A stretch of 64,000 bases of DNA from an uncultured Nitrososphaeraceae archaeon (GTDB taxonomy: Archaea > Thermoproteota > Nitrososphaeria > Nitrososphaerales > Nitrososphaeraceae). A program made the translations under genes and the position numbers. This document shows, in pieces, positions 63,843 to 64,000 of the stretch; positions within the stretch are counted from its first letter, which is position 1; each line of letters begins with the position of its first letter. The notes below the pieces were generated by a model. It was not told where the DNA came from, did not search any database, and was given only the letters and a program-made list of their open reading frames with translations. The DNA lies in assembly GCA_963765895.1 (NCBI GenBank), contig CAVXZB010000019.1, positions 352,001 through 416,000 of the forward strand, read 5' to 3'.

Positions 63843-64000
63843 TCAAGATCCTTGCCTTAGACGCTCTAGTATTTTTTCTTTTAACTCATCATCACTAATG
63901 CTTTCATGCTCAGCCACACCCAATTTTGAAGCCATATCTTCGAGTTTGTCCCTTGTCAAGATACTTTTGCCCGTAATTTTTTCTTCTTGCGGCTTGAGAG
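63843..64000 (-). CDS. C-terminal end of a gene entering from outside the window (Rho-N/SAP-like helical tail)
   Basis: ...LTRDKLEDMASKLGVAEHESISDDELKEKILERLRQGS*. Confidence 0.6.
   Translation of the reverse strand, partial: LKPQEEKITGKSILTRDKLEDMASKLGVAEHESISDDELKEKILERLRQGS

Noticed and set aside
1-64000. CRISPR array, rRNA, integrase or provirus
   Set aside because: No regularly spaced repeats, rRNA-like sequence or viral/integrase genes were seen, including next to tRNA-Val.

Overview
AT-rich archaeal chromosome segment, almost certainly from an ammonia-oxidising Nitrososphaerota (Nitrososphaeraceae-like). The assignment rests on the archaeal aroA'/aroB' shikimate route, cofC/cofD, 3-hydroxybutyryl-CoA dehydrogenase, TFB, Nop5/fibrillarin, Sec61beta, L40e and several stand-alone receiver proteins. 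Bases 1-50 kb are mostly core genes, including an RNase P RNA and tRNA-Val(CAC) absent from the ORF track. Bases 50-64 kb are accessory: small metal-binding and secreted proteins, REC proteins, two decayed IS elements with recognisable ends, and a kelch protein. The most striking observation is that about a dozen apparent +1 frameshifts break conserved genes outside long homopolymers, and nearly all touch AGCT, GTAC or GCWGC. This looks like a DNA-modification (methylome) footprint in the base calls, and an orphan m4C-type methyltransferase lies inside the aro cluster. Other leads are a GDGT-ring-synthase-like radical SAM enzyme, a PPDK lacking a key ATP-grasp Asp, a stand-alone PqqD/RRE-like protein and two TRASH-like proteins. 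All calls come from motif recognition by eye; no searches were run.
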